The notes beneath the pieces were generated by a model. It had not been told where the DNA came from. It did no database searches and saw only the letters and a list, made by a program, of their open reading frames with translations. From NCBI GenBank assembly GCA_000004985.1, contig GG739076.1: a DNA stretch of 8,278 nt. One strand, given 5' to 3'. Numbering within the stretch: the first letter of the stretch is position 1; each line of letters starts with the position of its first letter. Positions 7,682-8,278 of this stretch are shown piece by piece. The position numbers and the translations under genes were made by a program. Source of the DNA: Naegleria gruberi. Taxonomy: Eukaryota.

Positions 7682-8278
7682 ATGCCCCCACACAATAGTA
7701 GCCGAAGAGATAGTATTACATCGAATCGGGGCTCGCCAATGAGGCCAACCGTCTCCCTCTCCCCTCGACTCTCAATACCATCAGCACATACTATTCAAAT
7801 TCCCTATGATCCCAATGAAACTTATAATGTTGTACATATACCGACTCAAATAGCCCTCTCTCCTCGTTCTGATCATTCTTTAAGAAATTCGTTACACGCC
7901 TCTACACTTCGTGCCTCAATGAATAATAATAATAATAATACACTTCGATCATCAATGAATGGAACCAATACGCTGAGAACATCAATGCAAGGAGGAAATA
8001 CAATGCTCTCTCGATCGATGGATCTACAACAACAACAACCAATTAGCTATGTTAGTAGCAATAATAATGTTATTCTAACTTCCAGAATGGACACAAATAC
8101 ATTCAGAAGAAATTCTGGAACCTCCGAAGATGAAGTTATCTATGTAGATAAACCTCTCGTAATGACAACAACAACAACCACCAACACTCCGTCCTTAATT
8201 CTCTCACCAAATTCTGTTAGTGTTGGAAATGTAAGCGATTTTTCTGGAGAAAGACAAGTAAGGAGAGTTACTTCGATA
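7682..8278 (+). CDS. N-terminal 199 codons of a Ser/Thr/Asn-rich low-complexity protein, probably intrinsically disordered and regulatory. It runs off the window end. It does not appear in the ORF track, presumably because it has no stop inside the window.
   Basis: In-frame stop TGA 7634-7636 is followed by the first ATG at 7682, and the frame stays open to 8278, exactly 199 codons. The translation is MPPHNSSRRDSITSNRGSPMRPTVSLSPRLSIPSAHTIQIPYDPNETYNVVHIPTQIALSPRSDHSLRNSLHASTLRASMNNNNNNTLRSSMNGTNTLRTSMQGGNTMLSRSMDLQQQQPISYVSSNNNVILTSRMDTNTFRRNSGTSEDEVIYVDKPLVMTTTTTTNTPSLILSPNSVSVGNVSDFSGERQVRRVTSI.... The -3 position is T rather than A, so the true start could be elsewhere. Confidence 0.6.
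   Translation, partial: MPPHNSSRRDSITSNRGSPMRPTVSLSPRLSIPSAHTIQIPYDPNETYNVVHIPTQIALSPRSDHSLRNSLHASTLRASMNNNNNNTLRSSMNGTNTLRTSMQGGNTMLSRSMDLQQQQPISYVSSNNNVILTSRMDTNTFRRNSGTSEDEVIYVDKPLVMTTTTTTNTPSLILSPNSVSVGNVSDFSGERQVRRVTSI
7922..7939 (+). repeat. (AAT)6 trinucleotide repeat, in frame, encoding N6.
   Basis: Read directly. It is codon-aligned with the 7682 ORF. Confidence 0.9.
8027..8038 (+). repeat. (CAA)4, in frame, encoding Q4.
   Basis: Read directly. Confidence 0.9.
8165..8182 (+). repeat. (ACA)4(ACC)2, in frame, encoding T6.
   Basis: Read directly. Confidence 0.9.

Noticed and set aside
7973-7975. Single CTG codon as a hint of a CTG-clade (Ser-decoding) yeast
   Set aside because: One codon in about 300 readable codons is compatible with CTG avoidance but equally with plain AT bias. 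It is not diagnostic.
1-8278. Prokaryotic feature classes (CRISPR arrays, Shine-Dalgarno sites, rho-independent terminators, operons)
   Set aside because: The composition, start contexts, codon usage, poly-N/Q/T codon repeats and 300-bp AT-rich spacers indicate a eukaryotic (yeast-like) nuclear locus. No spaced direct-repeat array is present.

Overview
Only about 3.0 kb of this 8,278-nt window is readable. Positions 1811-7059 (5,249 nt, 63% of the window) are a single run of N. Any ORF in the six-frame track that crosses that block is an artefact of translating N as X. The readable flanks look like compact, AT-rich eukaryotic nuclear DNA of a budding-yeast type, not prokaryotic DNA. The evidence for that is A-rich ATG contexts (AAAAAAATG), AGA/TTG/TCT/ACT/GCT codon preference, in-frame AAT/CAA/ACA codon repeats giving poly-N/Q/T tracts, and AT-rich intergenic spacers of about 300 bp. 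Organism identity is not determinable; codon style is compatible with a Candida/Debaryomyces-like yeast, and that is only a guess. There are no CRISPR arrays, rRNA or convincing tRNA genes.

Supported content, in order:
- A short GC-rich palindromic motif pair at 26-60.
- A roughly 1.1-kb unit (about 320-1419) bounded by two diverged, inverted copies of a ~230-bp sequence (about 80% identical). Each copy opens an unusually long stop-free ORF. The unit encloses a small K/E-rich ORF (867-1133).
- The 5' end of a + strand gene starting at ATG 1734 and running into the N block.
- The last 97 codons of a + strand gene ending at TAA 7349-7351 (basic, NLS-like tail).
- A 330-bp spacer with a single ACGCGT hexamer.
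- The first 199 codons of a Ser/Thr/Asn-rich low-complexity protein (ATG 7682) that continues past the window end.

The most unusual readable signal is the inverted-repeat pair. All five indels between the two copies are multiples of 3. I cannot see into the N block, so I make no claim about a system hidden there.
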